From positions 835,088-899,087 of the forward strand of contig NW_004797313.1 of assembly GCF_000002075.1 (NCBI RefSeq): a stretch of 64,000 nt of DNA, given 5' to 3'. The translations under genes and the position numbers were made by a program. The notes beneath the pieces were generated by a model. That model made no database searches. It saw only the letters and a list, made by a program, of their open reading frames with translations, and had not been told where the DNA came from. Of this stretch, positions 1 through 13,258 are shown piece by piece. The stretch comes from Aplysia californica. Lineage: Eukaryota. The stretch's first letter is position 1, and the number at the start of each line of letters is the position of its first letter.

Positions 1-769
1 AAATTAAATTTAACTTTAGATGTGACACAAACACAAAGCAAAGAAGCAGAGATGTCAGTACTAGATCTATATGTTATAGATCTACCAGGGAGTCTAACTC
101 TTTGGTAGAACATGACAATTATCATTTTTTAAATTTCACATTTGGCTGTTTTTTGTCTAGCCTTTCGCGCCCACGAGCCTGTGTCATAATCGAGGTCACG
201 ATCTGATTGTCCACACCGCTGGAGAAGCTGCTCAAGCCTTGATAGCTTCAAATTGGCCCATGTTATTTTTGACAATATCAAACGAAATCGTCACAATTTA
301 GTGCTTCTCGATTCCTCCGGTGGTCGCGGTAGAGTGATAATATTGAGAAGGTGTTTATGCTGTAAGTACTTTTTTCACGATAAATTCAACTATCCTGTCC
401 AGGTGTTAAAAAGAACATTTTTTTTAAAAATACATAAAATAACCATGTGATCCATTTGAATGAAGACGCTACCCCTCCCCTCCCCCTGCGATGTCTTTTA
501 AAGCCATATAATTTTTTTCTAAAGAACCAATGCTGCTTTGAGTTATCAATTAACATCTCTTCTCTTCTATTGCCATAAGGTTCACAGAGTAGGTGATGAC
601 GCCTGTTCTAAGACCATTGCTCAATACTCTCGTAGCACTATTTCAATATTCCATAGCTGTTTTAAATGCGTCCCTTTTGCTGCAAAATTGCAATCCCATT
701 GGCTCAGGAAAGGAGGACTCATTAGCCACAGTGGGCAACCAAAAGTCACGAATAGCGTGAGCTCTACTA

Positions 770-1910
770 TACTGAGGTGCAAAAAAAACCCCGCGAATTT
801 TTATTACAACACAATGATTGACAAAATGCAAAACATAGGTTTCAAGTTATTTGTTGTGTTTATTAGCTGAAACTTTGCACACTTCTTGAGTGACATAGCT
901 GACATGAACTGAGGGTCCAACACATTCATCTGACCTCACGTTGACCTTTACCTTGGTAAACAAACTTAGTAACGCGTTTGGCCTCCACGTGCAGCGATTA
1001 CAGCGAGTTAATCAAACGGTTGATCTGGCCGTTTTGGACGCCATCGAAGATCTGGATGATGGCTGCTGTTCGAGACCGTGGCTGCACCTGGTTAAGCTGT
1101 CTTTGAATCACGTCACACAAATGTTCAATAGGGTTCAAGTCAGGTGGGTGTGCCAATAAGTTGACATTGTTCTGCCCAAGAAGTTCTGGGTAGCACGTGC
1201 GGTATGTGGTCGTGCGTTGTCTTGTTGATACAGGAAGTTAGGATGCCTCTGTAGAAAGTGCACCACATGAGGTGCCAAGACTTGTGCAATGTAGCGCTGA
1301 GCCGTGACGCCGTTTCCACGTCCTAGATCAATGTTCTGGAAGATGACAGGTCCCACTTTATGATTCAACGCCATGGCTACCCATATCATCACGCTCTCGT
1401 CTCTCCAGAATGTTGTTGTCGTCGTAGCGAGTCGTGTCTCTACGCCACACACGGTAACGGCCTTTCTCTGGATCCACGCAGAACCTGTTTTCATCACTGA
1501 AGAGGACTCTCCTCCATTGTGCGTTCCGGCAGTTGACATGCTCCTGCGCCCACTGTAGCCGTTGCTGTGGATGCCTTGGTGTTAGGACAGCTCCCTGGTA
1601 AGGACACCTGCAGTGAAGACCAGCAGTCACTAACCTCCGTGACACAGTCCAGCGGCTAAGTTGGCTTCCAGTCGTTCCCATGGTTGTTCTGGCAGTCTCT
1701 ATATATCTAATTACACTCAAATAATTGTCAAGCAACTGCCAGAATGTTGTCACTTTGTTTCTCACGTATTCTGAAATAACTACTTGTAGATCTATCCGTT
1801 GTCAGCACAACGAAGGGATACTCTTGTAGCTTTATTTTGATATTCCATTATAGCTGTTTCAAGACGTATGTCCCTTTACTTAAATATTGCAATCCCATCT
1901 TCTTTGGAAA
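770..1910 (-). mobile_element. Degraded Tc1 transposon (frameshifted transposase)
   Basis: ORF fragments WRRVLFSDENRF, YQQDNARPHTA, PDLNPIEHL and C-terminal RGGQTRY. TIR-like TATACTGAGGTGCAAAAAAAA at about 768. Confidence 0.85.
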
Positions 1911-2040
1911 GTCTCTTTTTCGGAAGAAAAGGCACATAATTTTATACTTTGAAAAAAATATTTCATTTTTTCCTTCATTGTGGATAGTGAACGTAACTTT
2001 TACCTCTTGCATGTCGCTAATCAGGCACCACCCTATCACA

Positions 2041-2075
<35 letters not shown>

Positions 2076-2076
2076 G
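2041..2076. repeat. (CA)n microsatellite running into an assembly gap
   Basis: Direct read. Confidence 0.95.
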
Positions 2077-3399
2077 NNNNNNNNNNNNNNNNNNNNNNNN
2101 NNNNNNNNNNNNNNNNNNNNNNNNNNNNNNNNNNNNNNNNNNNNNNNNNNNNNNNNNNNNNNNNNNNNNNNNNNNNNNNNNNNNNNNNNNNNNNNNNNNN
2201 NNNNNNNNNNNNNNNNNNACCCCCCCCCCCTTTCAAAAACATTTATAACAGCACACACCCTTTTTTTAAAATGCCCTTTGGGCACAACGCTCTATACTCT
2301 ATGTCAACATTTCTGGCTTGTTTGTAAAAAAGAAAAGCTTTGTCCAATGCCTTTGTCTGAAATTTTCATAGATCATTACGTCCTACATTTTGGCACCCCA
2401 ATGTTTTCGTTTTCGTAAGAGTTATACGGCATTTGCAACCCAATCAGGTCATATTAGTGTCGTAGACTAAAGGTGTTACTCGTGTGACACGCACAGATAA
2501 ATTGAAATAAATGAAGGAGGAGAAATATGGACGAATGAAACAAGGAGCAAAGAAACCAAAGAACCCACCAATTCTACACACTCCAAAAATTTAATTCTTA
2601 GAATGTATCGCTTTACTTTTAGAAGAGGAAGAAAACTTCACCTTCGGATACATATTTCTTTGTAACGATATCTAACGTTTGCAACAAAGAGTTCAATAGT
2701 TAGTGTTTCCGTTGTTTGCAAAATTTGAAACTTTCGTAAAAAAAATAATCATTGAACTGGAATAGTTGTTCTGAAGGGCAGTAAACGATCTAAATAAAGT
2801 ACTATAGAGCAGTCTTAACGGACAGAATCAATTTTTTTCTCGTGAAGCATGAGACAATATTATTAAGAGACAAAATCAGTATGAATCATTGGAAGGTGTT
2901 GTCCAATTGCAGGGAACTACCAAACATAAGCGCTATCAAAATTATGCCGGAAAAGTCTAATTCAGTGGCACCCCAGGAACAAAATTTACTCATACTTCCA
3001 ATTCAATGGGTTGTATGGATAGTAGTATGATTAATACTTCAATGATTCAATAACACACATTTTTTCCCTTTTGATATTTTTAAAGTCTGTTTTCATTGTC
3101 TACACATTCAACATTTGGACTTTGCCTTAGATCAAACTCAATTTGCCTGGATATATTCCTAAACTTGCCAAGATCCCCACAAAAATGGTGCTTGAGACCA
3201 AAGAATTTTTTTTCTTTAAGTTAACAGTGAAGAAATACAGAAACAAACAAGATGAAGTTACAACATAACTATAATGCAGATAAAAACACACCACAACATA
3301 ATTTACAGTCACTATGAATAGTCCTTCTTTGTAAGGTAATCCTCGAAGACCCGTGCTCTTTGTCGCCTCGACTGCCCTCATAAATCGCCACCGAAAATT

Positions 3400-3740
3400 G
3401 CCATCAAAATCCCCGACGCTATACGGTTAAAAGTAACATACAAAATAAAAATGGCTTAGCAATGTCAAACAAAAGTTTGTTCCCTAGAATACCCCCCTTT
3501 GTGCTGCAACAACGGTCGAGAAATGCTATCGGGCGTATAGGTCCGATGCGCCTCCAACCGAGCTCAAGGCTATCGGACGTGGGTCTCAAATGAGTTAAAA
3601 AATATTGAAACCTTGAGAGAAGCCCGCAAGCTGCGTACATCCACAAATGGAAGTGGAGCTTTTAAATGTTCAAAATATGGCAAGCTTTGCTCTGCCAGAA
3701 TTGGCCTCATCGGCCACAACAAAAGCCACACTTAATCTTA
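3400..3740 (+). mobile_element. RTE LINE 3' remnant
   Basis: Ends with a C2H2-like tail (FKCSKYGKLCSARIGLIGHNKSH) that is similar at the nucleotide level to 6560-6640. Confidence 0.6.
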
Positions 3741-4189
3741 ACCTTTAATTCTTCTTACTCTTCTATTTCGAAGAAGAAATGTTCTCCTCTGCGGGTGATA
3801 AAGTAGCCATCGTCAGAGAATTAAGGACAAACTAATATTATTTGTCTGAAAGCAGCGATGCAGACATGTCAGAAAAGGTACCGTAGTATTTTATGCCACA
3901 TGGGCCAGAAGTAAAATAAAGCTGCACCAAATCACCGTGCATGATGGAGTGTAAACATCGATAGCTCTGCAAAACCTTGTTGGATATAATGTATCTATAT
4001 CTGCAACACTCAAAATGTGATGCTCGTGGGCAGAAAGTCAGATTTTAGGGCCAAGATATTCAACCGGTGGAATCGGATATGGACCAACGGTATCTCATCT
4101 CGTTCCCCACTCATGTACCAACATGCACAGCATTTGAGTTTTCTAAAGCGTATCAAAGAGATCAGACACAACTTATTTCTGTCATTCAT

Positions 4190-4530
4190 TCACCTCTTTT
4201 GCCCCCTCCTCTGGGCTCCTGACTCTTTTTACAGCCTTTCTACTACTATTTCTTGGCTCCTTCTTATTGATGTCTTTCAGCCAGACCCCTGGTCTTAAGG
4301 TATGTAGCCTTCTCGGACGGGCGAAAAATCTCGGAGGTCTCATGTGCAAGTTGCGCACGTGAAAGATCCCTTGGTGGTCCAAAATCGACATATGACCTAG
4401 CGCAGATGCGAGCGCCGTGGAACACTTACAAAATCAACAACAACAAAAAAACCCACCTAATATTCAGCGCGTATGTGACCTAATTGTGTTGCAAGTGCCG
4501 TAAAACGCTTATTAAAACTAGAACTAAAAG
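4190..4530 (+). mobile_element. 5'-truncated Deu/Nin-domain SINE with two tandem tails
   Basis: Reverse complement of the SINE at 12750-13258 and 60475-60990. Core GCACGTGAAAGATCCC; tail GACC...GCGCCGT(A/G) occurs twice. Confidence 0.8.
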
Positions 4531-6004
4531 AAAACACTGAAACATATAACCGAACAATTTGATCTTGTGTGCAAAAGAAATTATATTCGAATTATATTGT
4601 TCAATGTAAACATATCAAACAAATTTCTACGCAATACAGAAAAATCTATTTAATCGTTGCTACTTACTGAAATACTGTTGGTCCACACATAATAGCAGAG
4701 AGGCTGCCCCATTGTGAATGCAGTTAGATGTCATAAAGTAACATTTCACACACTCTGAAGCGCAAGTACTGTGCTGATCTCTCATGTTTAACAAGTGGGT
4801 CAGTTCAAACAAACCTTCTACAAGATAAAGAATTCGACATAGCTGGAGGCCGTTTTATGAAAACTTGTTAGTCGTGTCCTGTCGTAGGCGTCAGGATTTC
4901 CTGGGTCCTTTCCATTTCATGTAACAACCTGTGTTTGAGGCAATCAGCCTACTTACACAGTAACAATTGGCAGGCGAGTGATCTGGTGAAAAATGGGTTA
5001 AATATTTTCCCGAGGCTAAAGGTCCTATCCAAGAAGGCGGTAATCGAACCAAAAATATTTCGTTAAAGAAGTCCGACATTTCTACAGCTAAACTAACACC
5101 TACAAACAAAAGTGTGCAAAGCTGAAATAATTGGCAAAGTAAGTACAGAGCAAAGTTATAGAGAAAAACCAATATGCATTACCAAAAGTACTGATGGTAG
5201 TAGGCAACTTGGATAACATCAATGAAAACGAAAACGACGACCATGGTAAACATAATAAGTATATGTGCATAATATAGTAATATGTTATTAATGTATATTG
5301 CGAGAAAAAAAAAACTTGTTTATCATAATATAGGCCCTTAGAATGGGATCAAAAAGTTATTTGTTGTTTGGCTTTGTTCGCGTACATTTGTGAAAAAAGT
5401 GTGTATGTATGTGGGTGTGTAAGTGAGTGTTTGTGTGTGTGTGTGTGTGAATGTGTGTATGTGTGAGTGGGCGTGTGCGAATGCTCAGACAGGCCGAAAA
5501 TCAAGATCATGCTAGTCCGAGGGCTGGTGTAAATTATATGATAGCCTGCGTGTCATTTTAGCAACTTAATGGGCTACTACAAGCACGTGTTGTTGTTTTT
5601 TTATTACTAAGGGTGCAACTTACACAGGCAAACATTGGTCATTAACAACAGCTGCAAAGCTTTGGCGGTGTTTAACAGCTTTTTGCAACATGAACAATTG
5701 AACAGGTATTGATTTCACTGTCGTTCCAGGTAACATGTTGAACACTTTACTCTGGGTTGATTTCAGGACAGACTTTGTACAATAATTATTTACTGTTGAT
5801 TGCCTGATTCTGGGTGAGTGTTCAAGTGGAAACGGGTATTTGTGATATTGTATTATTATTTACTCTTAGATCCGATAAAAGACAGGGCATTTGGTGATAA
5901 TTTACTCAGACTGTCTAAAGCTATATCTCGAGGTAACAAACCCCCTAAACTTAGTTTATCAAACTGCTTATCACAACACTGATCTTAACGTATAAATAAA
6001 GCTA

Positions 6005-6730
6005 GAGGTTATTCGAGGAAAAATCGGAGCAAAGGTTTGGTACTGTTGTGGCATTCGCACAGAGACCAAGTTGAAAGTCTACAATGTTGTGGTCCTCCCA
6101 ACCGTTTATACGGGGTCGAGACTTACAAAGTGTGGCTAAAGACAGGCCGAAAAGCTAAATAATTACCACATGAAAAGCTTCAAGAGAGTTCTTGACATCA
6201 AATGGCAAGGCAAAATACCTGACACCGAAGTTCTCAAAAGGACAAATGCCGATAGTCTGTTTTCTAAGTTCAAAATGACTCATCTTCGTTAGGCTGGTCA
6301 AGTCGTAAGAAGGCCTGATTCAGGATTCCAAGGATAGTATTCTATTTTGAACTGTCCTCAGTGAAGCGTAAAGTTGGCGCTAAAAAAACGGCCACAAATA
6401 CACCCTGAAAATGTATCTGAAGTACTTCAACATAAATTATCCGACATGGGAGAATTTTACTCCGGACAGACCCAGTGTTGGAGAGCAGCAGCCATAGTGG
6501 ACAGCAAGTCATGAATGCTGAAACCAAAAGTGAAGGCCGTTCGCTGCACACATACAAAAGTGGAAGTGGAGCTTTTGAAAGCTTAAAATGTGGCAAACTT
6601 TTTTCTGCCAGAATTGGCCTCATTGACCATAGCAGAATCCATGAGTTATCTTAACTCGTCTATTTCTCTTCAAAAATACCATCTTCTACGGATGCATATT
6701 ATTTTGTCATCTTCAGACATTGACTGTCGA
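6005..6730 (+). mobile_element. RTE (BovB-like) LINE 3' fragment
   Basis: Reads TETKLKVYNVVVLP..YGVET..RVLDIKWQGKIPDTEVL..LR*AGQVVR and ends in a zinc-finger-like tail; stops and frameshifts present. Confidence 0.8.
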
Positions 6731-6889
6731 GCTTTTATTATAACCTAGATATTGTTAAATATATATATGTCAAATCAGCAAAGACTTCGATTAAATAATC
6801 TTACAATTATGTCTGGCTTCTCATGTCAGGCACCTCAAATTTTGAACTGAATTACAAATCTGTCACATCTTTAAAAGTGTCTTGTAATC

Positions 6890-7160
6890 ATGACGTTGCG
6901 GGTTCAGTTGTGTCCTTGGAAAATAGATCTTGCACGTATTTTCCTCAGTGTGGGACATTCGACCATAAACAGCGAACGATTGTTTAAGTATGTTTGCCAA
7001 GAAGTTGAGATTGTTTCAGAATGCTATTAGACCTGCTGAGGTAATAATAGGCTTGTAGATTGTAAAGTGCATAAGGCTTGCTGTTGAGCGGGAAGTGGCG
7101 ATATATAAATGCTGTATTATTATTATTATTATTAATATTATTATTATTATTATTATTTTA
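6890..7160 (+). mobile_element. CORE-type SINE remnant with L2-like (TTA)n tail
   Basis: GTTGTGTCCTTGG core-like motif, TGTAAAGTGC...ATATAAATGC and (TTA)n end. Confidence 0.45.
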
Positions 7161-7346
7161 AATATATAATATATAAAATAAAACCTTTGTAACAAGCTTT
7201 CTCATACGTGCAAATTGTTTAACCCTAGCACCTGTCATGTACTAACGCTTTGCTCAAATATATGACCACATTTCCTTTTTTTCTGTTCCACATACACCAA
7301 TACGTATTGATTGTTTTGAAAAACATTTTCATCGGCCTTCAGCCTT

Positions 7347-7352
7347 GCATAC

Positions 7353-7410
<58 letters not shown>
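7347..7410. repeat. (ATAC)n(AT)n microsatellite
   Basis: Direct read. Confidence 0.95.
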
Positions 7411-8213
7411 CTATATATAAATGATTATATATTTGCTATCGACTTGACTTCTACGGACAAATGAATATTGTTCTGACTTATTTTCATATCCCACTTGGCT
7501 AACNNNNNNNNNNNNNNNNNNNNNNNNNNNNNNNNNNNNNNNNNNNNNNNNNNNNNNNNNNNNNNNNNNNNNNNNNNNNNNNNNNNNNNNNNNNNNNNNN
7601 NNNNNNNNNNNNNNNNNNNNNNNNNNNNNNNNNNNNNNNNNNNNNNNNNNNNNNNNNNNNNNNNNNNNNNNNNNNNNNNNNNNNNNNNNNNNTGCTATTC
7701 TGCTATTACTTACAACTAGATCTATAGACAATTTAAATTGGTCCCTTTTTATAAAGGGGGGCTGTTACAGAAAGCCAATCCGTGAAGGTACATATTCAGG
7801 AAAGAGATTCATTTCGGATTCGGAAATAGGACTCTCAAATATGATTGCGCTTTTCAGACACTGCAAGCATATTCAATTCGACATGAAAAGGGAAATTTTG
7901 GGGTTTGGATATTCTGGGGGAAAAAAAGATCCGATTTATCCCCAACACCACTTATTAAAAATAACAACAACAAACAAACAAAAACACCCCCCCCCCAAAA
8001 AAAAACACAACAACAACAACAACAACACCACAAGAAAAACAACAACAACAAACAAACCACAAGGCATTTAGACTTCACATAAAATCACACAGATCTTATG
8101 ACTGTTTGAGCCAGGAGCATTATTCACTGCTATTTTGTCAATAATTTATTAGATCTCTATGAAGTTGTCAAACTATTTCACGTGACATAAAAAGCATAAC
8201 TTAGTCTGAGGTA

Positions 8214-9061
8214 CAGGGTGTCTAAAAAAATAGTACCCACCTAAATAGCAATAACTAGGCCATCTCCTCTTTAATTTCAACAACATTTTGAACGAATGAA
8301 ATTCATCCAGGGGGACATCAAGTTTGTGAATGTGAAGGAAATAAATTAACTTGTTCAAGAAATATCAAATTAAGAAATGTCAACCACTATCGGATAAAAA
8401 CACAAAATGTTATTTCTATTAAAAAAGCATTAAGGTTCAGGGGTGTTCTAGTTTCAAGACAAGGAAGGTAAAACCACGACATTCACGCTTGTGTCGTTGT
8501 AAGAAAGGTTAGAGAAGAAACGCTTCAGGAGCCGAAAGTTTACAAATGGATGGTCACCACATTGCCCCTAATTTGAACCCCTTCAATTATTACCTTTTGG
8601 GATTTTTGGTGTGTATTTTTTTACAGACAGAGTCTACAGAAACAACCCAAATACAATCCAAGAGTTTAAAATCAATGTTGAACATGATGTCCAAAGAATA
8701 GTCACAGAAACATGCCATGGGGTTATTTAAAGTGTCCAGTAGCATGCTGGAGCTTTTAGGGAGAGAAATGGTCAACACCTAGAGACTTAAATAGCCATTA
8801 CCTCCCTGAGTTTATTTGGCAATATCAGTTTTTTATAAATTAGTTTTTCAGTGCATACATGCTGACTATTTGAATTTTAAAACGAAAATGGTTGATTTTT
8901 AGGAAGTTTTGTGTTTCGCCCAATTTTGGTATATTTCGAACGTGTTGGTCAATTTTTCCCCTAATTGAATGTATTTTATTTCTTCGAAATATTGTTGAAA
9001 TTAGTCCAAAAATGACAGAGGTAATACCCTTTACATGGTTGCTCCTTTTTTAGACACCCGG
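8214..9061 (+). mobile_element. Internally deleted Tc1/mariner-superfamily element
   Basis: TA|CAGGGTGTCTAAAAAAA ... TTTTTTAGACACCCGG|TA (TIRs with TA TSD). Internal remnant WSPHCPNLNPL matches the WPPxSPDLNP motif. Confidence 0.8.
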
Positions 9062-9289
9062 TATTACACAATTTGACCCAACTATAGGTAGATAATAATA
9101 TCTTAAATGAAATACATAACTTTACATGAAAACAAACCGAAAGTCAAATGGTGATGAGTTGACTTCCTAATCCAACTTCATGAGATGTAATTCAAACACC
9201 AACACTCCCATTTCCAGCTAGGAGAAACGCTTTGGACAAGGCCCTGTCACAAATCCCATGCTACAACTATTGCCACTGCTTCTACTGTT

Positions 9290-9361
9290 TCCTCCCCACC
9301 TCCTCTTCTACTTCCTCCTCTTCCTCTTACTACTATTACTACTACTACTATAACAATAAAA

Positions 9362-9395
<34 letters not shown>

Positions 9396-9410
9396 ATTCT
9401 TCTTCTTTAC
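9290..9410. repeat. Compound trinucleotide repeats (CCT/ACT/GCT/TCT)
   Basis: Direct read. Confidence 0.9.
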
Positions 9411-9743
9411 CTAGCTGTGGACAACTGATGCTCTGACTAATATTAGTGCCACGGTTGCTACTACCAATATTGCTGTTACGACTTGATTTGCTGCCATTGT
9501 TTCTCCTCCTCCCCTTTTCTATCCATTATCCCTTGCTTAGGAAAAGATCAAAGATCGACAAATTCCCTATATTTTTAAGTTCCCAAATCATTTTGACAGG
9601 CTGAGTCATTTTCTGAAACTAAAATTCTGTCACAGCATTGTCTACCCTATGAAGCATTTTTCGTTATTTTGAGTTAATAAAAAAGTACAACAAAAGTTCA
9701 CAAGCCTTGTGAGCAGTCTCTGGAGGCCAAAAGCAGTTTGAAG

Positions 9744-10710
9744 CAGGGGCAGATGGTGGGGCTAAAAAGTTAGCATGCTATCGTAGGTTCAAGAAAGTCA
9801 AGGGTAAATTAAATGAAATGCTCTTTAATTTTAATATCTTTCGCTTGGTAAGGACTTTATTCTTCTACTCCATTCTCTACTGGAACTGAACACTCAAGTA
9901 AGAACACCTTCACATCTACCAACCTTTAAATGGGGTAATATAATTATGTCACATTGACCTCGCTCAAACTAAGGGTTACAAAGGCGGTTCAAGGCATAAA
10001 AAAAATGGCAGGTAAAGAACCAATCACAATTCATTTGAACATTAATCCCCAGAGCACATAAAATAATATGGTCTTGGAATTATGCACCCTCAGCCATAAT
10101 ATTAATTATCCTTGTCCTGGGTTTTCGTGAACAGCATAAGCAGAGAATGGTGTTTAGTTTTCTACTACCTACTCTTGGCGACATTTTAGCAAGCGCACTT
10201 TTGAGATTTGTCATCGTATTGGCCTAATATTAATGTACCACCAATATGGCAAAAGGCATGGTCAGATTACTGCCGCTGAACATCCTATTATGCTTAGATA
10301 ATGCACGAGGGTAACAGTAAATTTAACGTCCCCTTCGTCCCATATACGTATCAAGGGCCACTATTGCCTACCACTCCGTTTACGAGACATTTTGGGTCTA
10401 TATTATAAATCCCTCCCTTATTGCTTATACATTTATCGGGACACCGGACAAACTAGCTTTTATTCGAACTGCACTAAGCCTAATTGCGTAGTAATTTCCA
10501 TGCTTTGGACCAATCCGGAGAAATTAGAGAGCCCCCCCCCCTTCCCCTAATTTAAAGAAAATAATCTAGAGAGTTTCACAGGGGCACTCTCCTTAGTATT
10601 CCCAGCATAAGGACCTTGGTTCGGTATGGTAGATGTTTTACGGCGCTACAAACACGGCAATGGCCGGCACGGAAATGGCCGGCACGGCGTAAGCGGGGAC
10701 CTTGCATTGA
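9744..10710. mobile_element. Non-autonomous hAT-Tip100-like element, uninterrupted diverged copy
   Basis: Starts CAGGGGCAGAT..GGGGCTAAAAAGT..GTCAAGGG and is colinear with 15398-15458, 18265-18723 and 23358-23580. Right end not resolved. Confidence 0.65.
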
Positions 10711-10840
10711 AAAAAGGTTGAAGGACAATACATAAAAACAAGTTGATGATGGGCCATACCCGGCACTTTGTGAATTAACAAAACGAATTTGAAAAGGTGA
10801 TTTTGATTAATTTGTTAACGTATTTCAGTCATGCATTCTT

Positions 10841-10846
10841 TTTATT
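10841..10846 (-). promoter_or_regulatory. Candidate poly(A) signal of the globin transcript
   Basis: AATAAA on the minus strand about 750 nt downstream of the stop. Motif only; other sites are possible. Confidence 0.25.
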
Positions 10847-11595
10847 ATAATAACTGTAGTGTTAGCAAATTTTCTTGTACACCGTAGTCAAAGTAAAAAA
10901 TTTTTAAAAAGAGAAAGAAACCATACTACTACAACGTCATGATCTTGCCAGAAAGCATTACTTTGCGGAAACAATAAAATGGACTCTTGTGGAACCAGTT
11001 AATCGTACCTTTCTGTCTGTATATGGGTTCTGCAATCGCTATCGATATCTTTTTTTTGTGTTGCAGTTTGCAGTTGCCAACACAGGACATGAGCATCAAG
11101 ACCAATTGAATTTCCGAAATCAAGTTGTTTTTCTTTCCTTTTCCTGATGTCATCTTTACCTAAGTGTGGAACGTGTTATGTAATCCGCAACAGAAGTCCT
11201 TTGCATGAGCCCCTTGGGAATACTTTTTCGTCCATTCAATAAGTTCTCTGTTTAACTAGGCCTCAAGCGATATCGTAGCCTACTTTATGAAGATGGGAGA
11301 TAATTTGGAAAACCAACCGGCACCATCTCTTTTCTTTAAAACATTTACAAAAACAATAAAAATCTAGTAGACGTCTCTGACATTTCTACAAGTCAACGCT
11401 TAGATTATTTCAAATAGATTGAATGTACAAATCAGCTTAAAACGAATCAAGGCAGTTGAGGAATTGTCTTATTACAACAAAAACAGAAAGAACCCGAATT
11501 CAAATCACTGTGATTCCAGCGTGCTGTACGGGCCCGTCTGTCGAGGCCCAGACGGTTGGAGAGTATACGCTGAAGATCTATCATCTTACTTTCTG

Positions 11596-11778
11596 TCACA
11601 CTCTGATGTTGCCCTGCGCTACCTCTGAGGAGCCGGCCTTTTCTAAGGCTTCTTCCATGCCCTGCTTGAGAGTTTCCAGGATGAAAATGATGGCAATCGT
11701 ATAGATGTTCTGCATGTTTTCTGTATACCGATCTCCAAGGGTTACTCTGACTGCTTCCAAGAATGGCTCCTTGATAGC
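11596..11778 (-). CDS. GbXL: Globin X-like, coding exon 3 of 3 (G/H helices and stop)
   Basis: Acceptor ...TCTCCTCGTCAG| then AIKEPFLEAVRVTLGDRYTENMQNIYTIAIIFILETLKQG...IRV-TGA. The PFLEAVxxTLGDRYTEN motif is typical of invertebrate GbXL globins. Confidence 0.92.
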   Translation of the reverse strand, partial: AIKEPFLEAVRVTLGDRYTENMQNIYTIAIIFILETLKQGMEEALEKAGSSEVAQGNIRV

Positions 11779-12749
11779 CTGACGAGGAGAAATTAGAAAA
11801 CAGAACAAGAAATCAGACATCACAATAAAACATTTCAACGGAGAAAATGGGGAAAGCAACTTTGTATGGTATGTCTGTGCGAACGTCTGACTGTTTGTTT
11901 ATTCCATATTTCACATAATATTATGTTGTCCGTTTACTAAGCATGCTCAAAGGCAAAAGACCCTATACTCACCAGCCTTTTAAAAGATGTTAGGATTAAA
12001 TATTTCAAAAAATTACTAACATTGTAAATGACTCTCTCCTAATAGACAAAGTTCAATTTTTTTAAAGCACATGTTTGATGTTTTTTGGAAAAACAAAACA
12101 AAAACATGGACTTAATGAAAAGGACTAAGAGTAAAGTACCCTACTGCAACCACTTCTTGAGGTGGTTGCTCATAAACCTCTTAGAGCTGCCAAGAGATTT
12201 TTTTTTGTAGCAGTCGATTCAAACCGTTCAAAAGTGAGCCTAACAGTGCCTATATCAAATGTAGCAACAACAACAACAAAAATAAAATAAAATAAAGACT
12301 TCAGAGGGGAAATACTATTTGCCTTTTTTTGTAAAAGGTTTATAGCCCTTGGTGCAACCTGTCAGCCTGCACAAAACATTACGTGACTTAAATGTTACCA
12401 GTTGTTCAAAGGTACAAAAGAAATGGATACAAGAAAGACATGATACGGTTTGCTTTTTAATTAACTACAAGACTCCGGATCACTTGGTGAAGCTGCAGAG
12501 GAGAGAAATTTAATTGCATCTTCCTTCGCTGAGGCCGATTTTGTTTGCTCTAAGTACGAATTCTTTACTATGAACATTATGTGTGTGTTTTAATACAGAA
12601 AATACAATAAGAGAACAAACCGGATTTGAATATCTCCTTAATTTGTGCCGGCTTTTATTTTTGGGTATGTGCATGCCAGACTGGCCTGTGTGTTTATTTA
12701 AACTATGTTAAATGCTAATGGTATTGATCCTAAAGATTATCAATTGTAT

Positions 12750-13258
12750 TTTTTTGGTAAAGTGTTTTACGGCGCTCGCAACTGCATATGGTCATATGAG
12801 CCCGATGGACACACGAAACATTTTCACTAGGTAGGAAATTTTGAATTTTACCCGGGTGGCGGCCGAAGCCTACTCTTATCGATTTTAGACCACTAAGGGA
12901 TCTTTAACGCAACTTGCACACGACCTCCGAGATTGTTCGCCTTTATCCGAGAAGGCTAGGTGTAGATCTTTCCTACCAGAAGATCAGGGGTGTGGTTGAA
13001 AGACAGCTGTAAGAAGGAGCCAAGGAGTAGAATTCTAGAAGTAAAGTCTTAAAGAGTCAGGCGCCCAGAGGAAGGGGCAAAGGAGGTGGGGGCAGAAAGT
13101 GGAGACGAAAGCAGGCGACAGAACATTGCTAGAGAGCAGGAATGGAGCTGAAAGGAGACAATTTTAATGAAGAACATTTTTCCGTCGCATCCCGGATTCG
13201 AACCTGTGACCTTTGAATAAGAGACGAACGCCTTAACCTCAAGGCCATCGGAGCCGCA
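12750..13258 (-). mobile_element. Full-length tRNA-derived SINE with Deu/Nin-like core
   Basis: Head has A box TGGCCTTGAGG and B box GGTTCGAATCC; core TAAAGATCCC..TAAGAGTAGG. 12-bp TSD TATCAATTGTAT at 12738-12749 and 13259-13270. Confidence 0.9.

Noticed and set aside
13185-13256. tRNA gene
   Set aside because: The A/B boxes are the head of a SINE with body, tail and TSD. The same applies to 60913-60990 and probably 14097-14155.
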